Below are positions 51,954 through 64,000 of a stretch of 64,000 nucleotides of DNA, one piece after another. The notes beneath the pieces are model-generated. The model saw nothing but the letters and a program-made list of their open reading frames with translations, searched no databases and was not told the origin of the DNA. The stretch comes from Macrostomum lignano (lineage: Eukaryota): contig NIVC01002693.1 in NCBI GenBank assembly GCA_002269645.1, positions 1 through 64,000 on the forward strand. Direction: 5' to 3'. The translations under genes were made by a program, and so were the position numbers. Position 1 is the first letter of the stretch. Each line of letters begins with the position of its first letter.

Positions 51954-54900
51954 ATGGCTGAGGTGAGTACTAAGCAGCTGGCTGTCTATTGTGTATGCCG
52001 TGCTGTAGAAATTGAATATTTGCATTTATCTACAAGAACTATCAAAATTATTAAGCCATCAAGCTGAAGAGTTTAATCGGGTAGTGATCAGTCACCCGAA
52101 AACTCTCACTTCCAGACCGCAAGCCTGGGAACAAAATTCAGTGATCACTCACGGGTGCGGGCTCCTCTTCTTTGTCGAGCAGGTTCGTAGGGCTCGTAGT
52201 CTTCTATGGAGTCTTCCTCCGGAGTAGTCTTCTTGAATTCTAAAAATCGGCCGAATGTGAGAGCGTTACAATTTAATCCGTCGACGTCGAAGAATTCCTC
52301 GAGTGCAGAAGTCAATTATCAGAGATGCGCCCTAATAACAAAGTCAACTCCATAACAATAACGACGTCCTCCAGAAAGGGCGTCTTCTTCTAGAAATAAC
52401 GGAATCGGAGTCGTGTGCCCCTATCGGTTACTCTAGGGTATCAAAATCAATTAAATCGATAATCCCTAAAGGGTCCGCAGATCCTATTCAATCCCTTAGG
52501 AATAGGGAGGCCTCAAATTCAATTAATTCAGTAATTCAACTGATCAGTAATAGCCGGCAATAAAATCGCTCTCAATAATCAAATAACGAAGACTCGAACA
52601 AAGGCTTACCAAACGCTATTTATTTCCCTCAGAGATGTAGCCTCGCTTAGCTGCTCCAGCAAGCTTAAGATCTTTGGAGCGTAACGTTTAAGTTTAACTT
52701 TGCTGCGAATGTGTGCATTGTTCTACTTACAGTAACATTCAATGAATGAACCTCTACAAAGCAATCAAAACTCATTAGATCTTGCTCAGGTTTGACCTTC
52801 AATATCACCGCAATCATCCAGTCTTGCTCCCCTTACTGCCTGCCGTCATCCCTTCCTCCACGATAATTGGCCAGGCTGCTGTAGCCTGAGAGCCTGAGAA
52901 CAGCAGTCGCTCTCGCAACCGCGCACTGGCGAAGGCGGGCGCCTTTAATTCGCTGCTCCGTTTTGAACGCAGTGCAAAATTTACTGAATTTTATTGCGCA
53001 CTTTTGCCAGCGCTGACGCAGTTTGCACTGCGCTGTTGCGTCACTTAAAGTTTGCTCGCTCGATGATTGCGCCAGACTTTGACAAAACATTCACAGCCGT
53101 GACTGCGCCAGTGCGAGCTTGATGAAGCGGCTCAGCTTATTCCATAATTGATCCATAAAATGTGCGCTTTGCTCTTTTAATACCTCATCTCTACAGTTAT
53201 AAAAGTATCAAAGTTCTGTATTTTGATTTTTACGTAAATTCGGCATAATTGCCATTATTAAATACACGGTTTCTCATAGTGATGAGGTAATCAGAATCCA
53301 TTTTCAGATTAAAAAACTAAGCAGTTTTTTCTTAGGATTTGTACTTATACTTGGGTCCACCATCTGCAATATTACGAAATATAATTTTTGCATCTTTGGC
53401 TGAGAATCACCGCAGTTTCTGCTTTTTGTGTTATGCGCGATGTACTCAACAGCTGCCGCGAAGTTGACAATGACAAGAACTTCAGTGGCGCTTTGAGACG
53501 TCTCGGAGTCGCAGCATTTCAGACCTGCATGATCCGCAAGGGCGATCACATGACATCATATGTCAACCATTCGGCTGTTGCCTGAGCGACTTGCAAGAAG
53601 TGTTGAGAAGTTCAGCATGTCACACCAGCGTATGAACGCGCTAAGACTGGATGCGTTTAGTCATTGTTGACTCACCTGTGTTCTTGGTAACTTGGTTACG
53701 ACTTAGCTCGTAATATCATTAAGCTGTTTCTCTGTACATTATGCACCCACTACCCCATTGACTGGTAATAAGTATATTTTATTGCGTTTATCCAAAATAA
53801 ATAAATGATTGTCGATATAAAGTACAATTATTGCGTTGCTTATTTATTCAAGCTTTCCTGAAGTCCTGTTCTTGCAACGCGACTTTCCTTCCTGCACTCG
53901 AGCGACAGATATTTAAATGGTTATGGGACTCTGATGGCATCCAGCATCAAGGATGTCAGGTCAGCATGAAAGCCAATATTTCATCAAGTCGCACTGCTTG
54001 CTGATTTAACATCTCGAAGTGTCTGAGGCTGAGCTGGGTGGCAGAAAGTCTTTCACTTATTATTATTAAGTAGTTATATTATTAATTATTAATTATTATT
54101 AATTATTAATTATTAAGTAGAAGCTGTGGAAGCAAAGTACAAGCGCAATAACCAAAGGAATGAGGCACCATTGGCGAGCATCATTCGTTAGCGCCTCATC
54201 ACTAGTTGAGAACAGTTGTTGTTGTTGTTGTTGAGAATAGCAGGGTGAGACCGTCGACGCAGCCGAAGACACCGTGTCAGTTCTGCGATGCGATAGAGTT
54301 CCATGTTAATGACCTGCTTGTCTAGAAAGTAGAAATTCTTCACCTATCTTGCAGGCAGCAACACTGACTTCATTAGCTATCCGAGCAAGTTTGTCAAATT
54401 CGAGGTCTTGGCGATTTCATCCTTCAAATATTTCTACTTTCTGTTTTGCAATACAGACTCGTACTTATCAGTTAGCTGGCTCCCTTCGTCTACCACGCTT
54501 TTCCCACAGACTAGCATAACCGTTAATTTGCCACAGACATTTCAGCTACCCTGTTCGCTATGTTAGTATAAATACAAGTTCAACTCGCGGCCTCGGCCCT
54601 TCACCTCTGCTTCTCTTCTACTGATTCCTTCCCCGCTAACCGCTCGTTCAATGTAGTTTATTGTCAACTTCCACAAGTTGGTAGCAGAGCGTGGTTCCTT
54701 TCTCTTCCTCGAGTAATCGATTCGACAAATTGGTAGCAGAGCGTCCGGATTACCATGGTTATCACGATATCAACAACTGACCTATCTGGCGACCAGATCA
54801 AGCAGTCCAAGAACGACCACAGCACAGCCTCTGCTGAAGCGCCAATCGACGCGGAGCAGCCGCACGTCGAAGCCAGTGACCCGCCGCCTGCTGCTTCAGC

Positions 54901-57900
54901 AGCCAGCAGCCGCGACATCTGCTCTTCCCGCTTCTCCTTCCACGACTGCAATCCCTGAAGCAGCTCCAGCTGCCTCCGTTGATATCAACGCCCTCCTGAC
55001 CGCTATGACCGCGATGATGCAGCAGAATCAGCTGCTCATACAACAGCTCGCCGCTAATGCCCATCCTGCCCTGACATCTGCGTCATCGTCCGCAACCAGC
55101 GATAGCGATCCGGCCGCTCTCATCCACTCCACTGTTCTCCAGAAGGTTCGTCTCCCGACATTCGACGGCACCGACCCCACCGCATTCCCAGGGTTCTGGA
55201 ACGCCTTCCTCTACCGCGTCGACCAATCCAATCTCAACGACGTCGATAAGTTTGAGGCGCTCCGCGGTCTTCACTCTGGCCCGGCACTCCGGAAGCTTGG
55301 CGCCCTCGACGCTTGCCAGCCCAACGCCTACGCCGAAGCCTGCCGCGTCCTCCAGGCCAACTACGCCGATGCCCAGGAGCAGAAAAACGCCTTCTTCCAG
55401 CTCCTTTTCGCTCTTCACTGCAGCTCCGCCTCCGACTTGGACGAGCTCGAGAATTACACCGACGCCCTCCAACTCGCTACCGGCCAGCTACTCCGCCTAG
55501 GTGAGCTCGCGTGCACCCTCGACAGCCGCGTCTACGCACTCTGGAACCGCCTCCCGCTCGAGCTCCAGACCGAAATCCGGAACAACCGCGCCGCCAACGG
55601 GCTGCCCCTCGTGCCCACCATGGCCCAGCTCCAGGGCCTCTTTACTGATTACTTGCATGTTGTATCACATTTACAATGCGTATTCTCTCGGCTCTTCCAG
55701 CTCCAATATCATCGACGCCAACATCCTCCGGTTCGTCTTCGATGTCAAGCTGGATCGGCACAACCAGTGAAACTCCTCTGTTGATCGCAATGTTGTGCAG
55801 CACAAAACAGGCGCTTATTATCAAGCAAAACTTGCTCGGATGGAATCGGAGACTTGCGGAATGACGATTCAGGCATTAAAATCGAGACTTTAGAATCCCG
55901 AATGAACATTCTATTTTCACCTGAGTTTGTCGCAGCCTCCGGTTGAAGTCGGTCTCTCTTGCATCTCTTGGAGTGTCGAAAACCTTCATGAGAAATGGTC
56001 TCAGAGGATATCCACTATCTCCGACGAGGAATCTTGCCACTAACCCTTCTGATAGAATCTCCTTTAATGCAGAGTTGTTGAACATGAAAGAATCGTGTGT
56101 ACTTCTCGGCCAGAGTACTAGAATGTTCGTGAATGACATTGCGACACTGCACACAGCTTGAACAATAATAGAAGAAAACGATTTTCTGTTCTCAAAAACA
56201 TACTCATTGTTAGTTGGACTCTTTATAGCGACATTTGTGCAGTCGATAACACCTATGACATGTGGCAGTTCGGCGATCAAATGGAACCCGGCCATGGTCT
56301 GATTGATTTCAACGTGGCTCCTAGGAAAACTAACAAAATTGTTCGTAGCGACTGTCAAATAGTCTATGTTCCGATTTCGGCACAGCCGTTGGCAACAAGG
56401 GTGAGGCCAAGCACCACTCGTCACGTAGAGGTTAAAGGACAGCAGGGCGATATCATCGGCCTAGACAAACACACCGTCTGTCTCTCGCGCATTCTGCTAG
56501 TTTCTGCACACACCCCGCCGAAGCAGAGTAGATGTCGTTGATAGGAAGTGTAGATAGCGGCACCACCAAGTTGAGCAACGGACAAACAGAAATGGTGCTT
56601 TCTCATATATCGCGCTTTACCTACAAAGATCATAGATCAAAAAGTCGGAGAGGCTGCAAGGTGATGACACGGCAGCCCATCAACATGATAGCGGAAAACA
56701 ACTACTCTGCCACTTTGCAGTCACATAGCACGACACTCACGATCAAACCGAGCGGAAATGTTTCCGCTCTGCCCTTCACAATTTACCTATATGTCCTTAA
56801 GTTTCACTGCCAATATCATAGGCCTTTAATTAACGTAGACTAATTATAACTATTGAATATCTGCCTAATCCGATTTCAGAGACCTCAGAGTCCCAGCGAG
56901 TCCAGCGAATACGAGGCCTCCCAGAGTCTCTACAGTCAGATCAAGCAGGCGGTAGCAGCCGGAGACGAACGGCTCACTGATGATCTGCTGTTCCAGGTGT
57001 CCGAGAACATCGTCGGACCTGGAGAAGACTTCGCCAAAGGCGTCATATTTGCTGCAGCTCGGGACAGAGACGGACTGCCGGTTCTTCGATTACTGGAGAT
57101 GGGGCACGGGGTCGACATATTTCGGCTGGTTGATAGCGATGGCGACTCGGTGACTCACCTGGCAGCAAAGAGTCAGACTGCGGAGACGATGGAGTTCCTG
57201 AAACAGCTGCTGCAGTCAATAGAAGTGGACTGGAACCCATTCGAAGCAAGAGATAGCAGGCAGAAAACAGTGATGCATAGGGCAGCTGAGAATCTCACAG
57301 ATCATGGATCGACATTCCAATGGCTGATCTTCGAACTCGAAGCGGACTGTCTCACTGACAGAGATGCAGACAATGACACAGTCATCCACACTGCGGCTCA
57401 GTTCCAGATGGCGGAATCAATGCAGTTCATCAAAGAGAAGATGAATGGAGTCGAGTGTTTCAAGCTGAGAGGATGGAACAACAGGACTGCAGTGCACTGT
57501 GCTGCTTTCAATGAAGTGAGCAGCTCAGCACTCGAGTGGCTGGTGAACGAGCTCGGACCAGACTGTCTCACTGACAGAGATGCAAAAAATAGCACAGTCA
57601 TCCACATTGCGGCTGAGTTCCAGAAGGCGGAATCAATGCAGTTCATCAAACAGAAGATGAATGGAGTCGAATGTTTCAAGCTGAGAGGAAGGCGAAACAA
57701 GACTGCAGTGCACTGTGCTGCTTTCAATGCTGTGAGCAGCTCAGCACTCGAGTGGCTGGTGAACGAGCTCGGACCAGACTGTCTCACGGACAGAGATGCA
57801 GACAATAGCACAGTCATCCACATTGCGGCTGAGTTTCAGAAGGCGGAATCAATGCAGTTCATCAAACAGAAGATGAATGGAGTCGAGTGTTTCAAGCTGA

Positions 57901-59825
57901 GAGGATGGAACAACAGGACTGCAGTGCACTGTGCTGCTTGCAATGATGTGAGCAGCTCAGCACTCGAGTGGCTGGTGAACGAGCTCGGACCAGACTGTCT
58001 CACTGACAGAAATGCAAACAATAGCACAGTCATCCACATTGCGGCTAAGTTCCAGAAGGCGGAATCAATGCAGTTCATCAAAGAGAAGATGAATGGAGTC
58101 GAGTGTTTCAAGCTGAGAGGAGTGAACAACATAACTGCAGTGCACTGTGCTGCTTTCAATGCTGTGAGCAGCTCAGCACTCGAGTGGCTGGTGAACGAGC
58201 TCGGACCAGACTGTCTCACTGACAGAGATGCAAACAATAACACAGTCATCCACATTGCGGCTGACTTTCAGAAGGCGGAATCAATGCAGTTCATCAAAGA
58301 GAAGATGAGTGGAGTCGAGTGTTTCAAGCTGAGAGAAAGGCAAAACATGACTGCAATACACTGTGCTGCTTTCAATGCTGTGAGCAGCTCAGCACTCGAG
58401 TGGCTGGTGAACGAGCTCGGACCAGACTGTCTCACTGACAGAGATGCAAACAATAGCACAGTCATCCACATTGCGGCTAAGTTCCAGAAGGCGGAATCAA
58501 TGCAGTTCATCAAAGAGAAGATGAATGGAGTCGAGTGTTTCAAGCTGAGAGGAGTGAACAACATGACTGCAGTGCACTGTGCTGCTTTCAATGCTGTGAG
58601 CAGCTCAGCACTCGAGTGGCTGGTGAACGAGCTCGGACCAGACTGTCTCACTGACAGAGATGCAAACAATAACACAGTCATCCACATTGCGGCTGAGTTC
58701 CAGAAGGCGGAATCAATGCAGTTCATCAAAGAGAAGATGAATGGAGTCGAGTGTTTCAAGCTGAGAGGAATTCTAAACATGACAGCAGTGCACTGTGCTG
58801 CTTGCAATAAAGTGAGCAGCTCAGCACTCGAGTGGCTGGTGAACGAGCTCGGACCAGACTGTCTCACGGACAGAGATGCAGACAATAGCACAGTCATCCA
58901 CATTGCGGCTGAGTTTCAGAAGGCGGAATCAATGCAGTTCATCAAAGAGAAGATGAATGGAGTCGAGTGTTTCAAGCTGAGAGGAGTGAACAACATAACT
59001 GCAGTGCACTGTGCTGCTTTCAATGCTGTGAGCAGCTCAGCACTCGAGTGGCTGGTGAACGAGCTCGGACCAGACTGTCTCACGGACAGAGATGCAAACA
59101 ATAACACAGTCATCCACATTGCGGCTCAGTTCCAGAAGGCGGAATCAATGCAGTTCATCAAAGAGAAGATGAGTGGAGTCGAGTGTTTCAAGCTGAGAGA
59201 AAGGCAAAACATGACTGCAATACACTGTGCTGCTTTCAATGCTGTGAGCAGCTCAGCACTCGAGTGGCTGGTGAACGAGCTCGGACCAGACTGTCTCACT
59301 GACAGAGATGCAAACAATAGCACAGTCATCCACATTGCGGCTAAGTTCCAGAAGGCGGAATCAATGCAGTTCATCAAAGAGAAGATGAATGGAGTCGAGT
59401 GTTTCAAGCTGAGAGGAGTGAACAACATGACTGCAGTGCACTGTGCTGCTTTCAATGCTGTGAGCAGCTCAGCACTCGAGTGGCTGGTGAACGAGCTCGG
59501 ACCAGACTGTCTCACTGACAGAGATGCAAACAATAGCACAGTCATCCACATTGCGGCTGAGTTCCAGAAGGCGGAATCAATGCAGTTCATCAAAGAGAAG
59601 ATGAATGGAGTCGAGTGTTTCAAGCTGAGAGGAATTCTAAACATGACAGCAGTGCACTGTGCTGCTTGCAATAAAGTGAGCAGCTCAGCACTCGAGTGGC
59701 TGGTGAACGAGCTCGGACCAGACTGTCTCACTGATACTGATTGTTCACGTCGGTCTGCTTTATCAATCTGCAAACTACGTCAGAGCAGGCAAATTTTCGA
59801 TCGACTGTCAAGATTAGTTCGCTAA
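51954..59825 (+). CDS. Ankyrin-repeat protein, paralog 2: ATGGCTGAG micro-exon (51954-51962) spliced to exon 56880-59825; 11 x 72-aa units (57357-59732)
   Basis: 990-aa open frame, 216-bp period, splice sites conserved with paralog 1. Confidence 0.87.
54442..54674 (+). mobile_element. Putative 5' LTR of a BEL/Pao element (TG...CA, TATAAATA at ~54567)
   Basis: Ends in CCACA just upstream of a PBS; absent from paralog 1. 5' boundary is tentative. Confidence 0.55.
54679..54696 (+). promoter_or_regulatory. Primer-binding site complementary to initiator tRNA-Met 3' end; partial second copy at 54731-54744
   Basis: TGGTAGCAGAGCGTGGTT. Confidence 0.85.
54755..55650 (+). pseudogene. gag: Truncated BEL/Pao gag (DUF1759-like)
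   Basis: [11 protein letters not shown]...FWNAF...[10 protein letters not shown]...Y.EA..VL..NY. Confidence 0.85.
55645..56420 (-). pseudogene. PIF/Harbinger (DDE_Tnp_4, HARBI1-like) transposase C-terminal fragment
   Basis: [27 protein letters not shown]...[14 protein letters not shown](stop)...ACFVLHN. Confidence 0.9.
56425..56620 (-). pseudogene. Small degenerate non-LTR RT fragment
   Basis: Manual translation: APFLFV and (stop)ADDIALLS, resembling the RTE ORF at 37-38 kb. Confidence 0.45.
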
Positions 59826-61739
59826 AACTGCTTTTTGCGCACTTACAACTGTTTTTATGTTAATAGTGCATATTTTAGGCTATTGGCAAGGCAACGCGCG
59901 TTTTTTTGTTGGTGGTGTTTTTTAATTCCATGGTTACGCTCACATACCGAAGAATATGCACGGATTGGTCTATTTACTTTTCCCGTAATTAGCCCACTTT
60001 TTCGACGGATGATGATAACTTATAAGCAGTCCCAATAGATTCGTTGACATTCTTGGATTCAACAATGAGGTACAAGTAAGAGAACTTCAACAGGTATTAT
60101 CCGGTTGAACCGCCAAGCGAATTCAGCTGGTATAATTTATTGCTGAGCATGGCTTCTCATCAATAGAGGTAGCTCGTAGAAAGCGAACGTCAGCAAGGTC
60201 TGTGCGAGTGCTGGCTGACGTTTCTGTGTATTTCTGTGGTTGACACTGCAAAATGCTGCTATATAGGACTTTCAAATGCGGATTTTTCGTTGGCACTGGG
60301 AGTCCTATTTGGTTTTTCACCAGAATTTACTACTAAGTAATGGTTGCGGAGTAGATATACGAGAACTAGTACGTGCGGTCGAATTCTATTAGTTTCTCTT
60401 ATACTGATTCAATATGCACGCATATGAGTATTTCTCACCTTTTGCCTTTGCTTCGACTGTTTATTATCTTATAAACTTTTGAAGACTTATTTGATAATAT
60501 CTCAGACGCTGTTGTAGTGTGAAGTAGCACCGAAGCCATGAATTTTTTTAAAGACTTTGTTTCGTTAGACCTCCCAATATTTTATCTGTTTCATAAATGA
60601 TCGCAGTAATAAATTTTGGTAACACAGATTTATTTAATCCGTTTTGTGCGTCGCTAAATGCTAAGTTGTTTATTTTTCGTTGACTGATTGCTGTCTGTTC
60701 GTAAAACTCATGCTCTTATTTACAGTGGCTTCAGACACTGGGTGTCTGACACTAAGTGCGCGCAACTCACTACTAACATGACCCACCTAGGCATGTCAAT
60801 TAAGACGCGTTTAGACTGCCATGAAAAGTGAAAAGTGCCACCAAACCATGAGACTTATGCACGGACAGAGAAACAAGAAAATATTTAAAAGACGTGGAAT
60901 CTGCACTCAAAAGCGATGTTAATCTAGTGGCAGTGTGAACGAATCTTTTGACTAAAATATTAAACCTCCGTTTGTTTTACCCAGGCTTACGCATGCTTAT
61001 TCAGATTTTTGTGTCTATTTATTAATCAATTTTATGCCCACATTTGTTTTACTCTGTGTAGCGAACTCTTATTTGCACGCCTTGATGGTGCCACGATCCC
61101 GAACTCTCATCGCACCCCAGCCAATCGCGGCTGCACTCGTGTGATGACGTCACTGGTTGCTTAAGCAGCGGAATTCAAGGTCTGTTCAGCGGTCACGTGA
61201 TGCATGCTCTTGGATAAGCTTCCCCACCCTCCAATCCCAGTCTTGCTTGCCCGCCTTTCGAGGCGTCAATGGGAATCTGCAATGCAGCTTCATCGCTACC
61301 ATGCACTTGCACTTGCCCTTTCCGACCATTTCCAGTAGGCTGACCTCCCCGATTCCTTTTACTGGCCAAAATTGTCGCCAGCTTCGGCTGGGCCAGCGGC
61401 ACCGACTGCTCCGTGAACTGCGACCGACCGGACCCGCTGCTGCCAGCGACCTCACGGCCTCCCTTAGTGTCAGCGACTGCCTGTTTTTGCTCTTGTAGAC
61501 TGGTATGCTCAGATGTGAGCTGGTTTGCTGATCCATTTTTATTTCCTGATCGATTTTTACCTACAATGAATTAAAGTACATATCGTACAAAACTCAACGC
61601 TATCAACGATTTGGCGATGACTTTGGAACTGAAAATTATTTCAGCCTATTTTTGTTTTATTTAAGTTGATTGACACGTCAGAATGGCAGCTGCAAAAGTA
61701 GGAGCAGAAGGAGCGGACTGCATGGACTCATACTGGAGT

Positions 61740-62610
61740 CAGGAGCGACACGCTCTGTCGTCGGTCAAATCCTCAGACTAAATCGAGTCCAAAGTGTAAT
61801 GATTCGAGAACGAAGTCTTGATTCGCTATGCACTGGGAATTGGCTCCCGAGTGGCAGACAGGAATAAGAGATGTAAACCAGACCGTATCGTCTAGCTTTG
61901 CCATATATTTGTGGGCTCCTGGGCCCCAACATAGCCAGGTGCGCTGTGGCACGATGCATGGAACACGCGTACGAATGGTGCATACGTAGCATGGGGGAAG
62001 TGTCCAGAAGGGGTGACTCCGGTGAGTCAGTGAGGGGAACAAACAGAGTGCAAACAAGCATAGTCAGTGGGAGCGGCAGACCATATGGCCAGGGCTGCGG
62101 AGCGATCCCCAGCCCAGGCCATCACACAAAGTTCGGCCAGCAGCTCTCCAATCTTGCGATTGTAGTCAAGCTAGCCAAGGACGTCAGTCAGGAGACCATC
62201 AGTGCGTCCAGTAGTCGCGGGGAGTTTTTCCTTGATCAGCTTTTGCAGGATGACCAATTTAGCCGCGATCCACTGACCAGCAGAGATACTGGACAGCTTC
62301 GGCTCCTGCTTTCTGAATACGAGGGAGCCTGCATAGGAACACCCACCCCTTATGCAGAACTTCTCCTCAGAATGTGTGTCGGTAAAGCAAAGTTGGCGGG
62401 CAGCGGCGGCGTTCTCAATACCGGCGAAGAATTGTGACGCAGTTTTTCCTGCGCTTCTCTGCCGGCCAGGTTCAGCGCCAGGCGCCTCTTGCGCCCCCGC
62501 CAGTGTCCGAACGGCTGCTGTGATTGACCGGACGGCGTTGTCAACTGCAGCCTGTATCCGCTCGTACGAAAGATGCGCAAAGGATTCTTTGGCTGCGGGC
62601 CGTCAGTTTC
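61740..62610 (-). pseudogene. Degenerate DIRS/Ngaro-like gag and possible RT N-terminus
   Basis: Manual translation: KLSSISAGQWIAAKLVILQKLI...(stop)LDYNRKIGELL; then NQDFVLESLHFG. Confidence 0.5.
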
Positions 62611-63291
62611 TCCGAGAAAGCTCGAGAGACAGGTAGAGAGAGGGGGAGAGTGATAGAGGAAGGGAGGGAGAGAGAGAGGTAGAGAGGAGGAGATAGATGT
62701 AGATAGGTAGATAGATGTAGAGAGAGATCGCAAAAACGATGGGACTTTAGTTGAACTCAAAGGTTTTGTGCAGGCTATTTTCTGTGTGCCGTTTAAACAG
62801 TTTTTTCTGCAAGCCACGCAGCAGTTTCAATACACAGCAGCGAGTGCGGTTACTGTAAGTTTTAGCATAGATAATTGCTACATTGTGCTTGGGTTCGTGA
62901 TGACATGTGAAGTCACAGCCAAATGTGACCGCCGCCTCCAACATCCGAGCGCCGGTAGATACTCACAGTTTTGATATTCAAAGTGAGCATGAAAATTTCT
63001 GCACTAAAATCGGCTCCATCGTGCAACCCAGTGAGTAACAATTCATACTTATGCGTACATTCGCATGTACACGAAATACCAGCGGTGTGACTGCACGACT
63101 CACCCGTATCATCCAAATCTTTGGATCGGCATTCGGACACATTACTGTTCGACCCCTGCATGACATTTACAGTTCCGGCAAGCTCAGGTTGTAACAAAGT
63201 CAACCAACTTTTAAAATCGCATTCGAAACTTCCGAAAATGCAGCTACCAGTGTTGTTTCACAGCTTGCTGCTACACCTTTTTGCGTTCTAT

Positions 63292-63675
63292 TTCGGCAAA
63301 CTGGCTTTCATCTTCGGCAAACTGGCTTTCATCTTCGGCAAACTGGCTTTCATCTTCGGCAAACTGGCTTTCATCTTCGGCAAACTGGCTTTCATCTTCG
63401 GCAAACTGGCTTTCATCTTCGGCAAACTGGCTTTCATCTTCGGCAAACTGGCTTTCATCTTCGTCAAACTGGCTTTCATCTTCGGCAAACTGGCTTTCAT
63501 CTTCGGCAAACTGGCTTTCATCTTCGGCAAACTGGCTTTCATCTTCGGCAAACTGGCTTTCATCTTCGGCAAACTGGCTTTCATCTTCGGCAAACTGGCT
63601 TTCATCTTCGGCAAACTGGCTTTCATCTTCGGCAAACTGGCTTTCATCTTCGGCAAACTGGCTTTCATCTTCGGC
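63292..63675 (+). repeat. 21-bp minisatellite (TTCGGCAAACTGGCTTTCATC), ~18 copies, with degenerate TTCGRCAAA motifs continuing to ~63850
   Basis: Direct reading. Confidence 0.97.
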
Positions 63676-64000
63676 ATCAGCTTTGGCCGCACATCCAAAC
63701 TGCATTCGAATTCGACAAACCGAGAAACGATTCGGCAAATTGCACTCAATTTCGACAACTCGAGTTTCTATTTAGACAAACTGATATTCAAATTCGACAA
63801 ACCGCATTCAATTTCGACATCGTATATTCAATTTCGGCAAACTGCACTCAATTTGAAGACAGAAGAGTGGGATTTCTTAGGGTCTGCACAAGTACTGCAT
63901 CTGGAGTGCAGTTAAGGTGTAATTGAACGCGCAAACAACTCCTTGGTAATTCCCCTCACGTAGCTCTGGTAGTGCACAAGTCCAGCCTATGGAGACATTG

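Noticed and set aside
63121-63915. KLAFIFG / EDESQFA ORFs
   Set aside because: A 21-bp repeat open in several frames on both strands, with no unique coding context

Overview
Repeat-rich metazoan genomic DNA, not prokaryotic: it has GT-AG spliced genes, eukaryotic transposons and satellites. A free-living flatworm origin is my guess only. Layout: (1) 1-~13 kb, a large minus-strand Gypsy/Metaviridae-type retroelement whose envelope-like glycoprotein lies between gag and the protease (gag-env-PR-RT-RH-INT), with extra reading frames upstream of gag. (2) 13.95-26.04 kb, a foldback-like inverted-repeat element. Its arms are built from a 167-bp repeat (~4 copies left, ~50 right), and it carries a spliced Ulp1/SENP-like protease + PHD gene. 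(3) Two paralogous blocks (~27.1-34.3 kb and ~41.4-60.6 kb), each with a spliced gene for a near-perfect 72-aa double-ankyrin repeat protein (7 vs 11 units). Variation is concentrated at ankyrin binding-surface positions. The second block also has a 7-kb 13-bp minisatellite, an expanded (CTGT)n tract, a deleted P-like element, a BEL/Pao 5' end and a Harbinger fragment. (4) Between and after the blocks, transposon remnants (nested RTE-like LINEs, Penelope-like, DIRS-like) and simple repeats. Scattered 1-nt frameshifts may be decay or long-read assembly errors. All family calls come from motif recognition by eye, with no database search.
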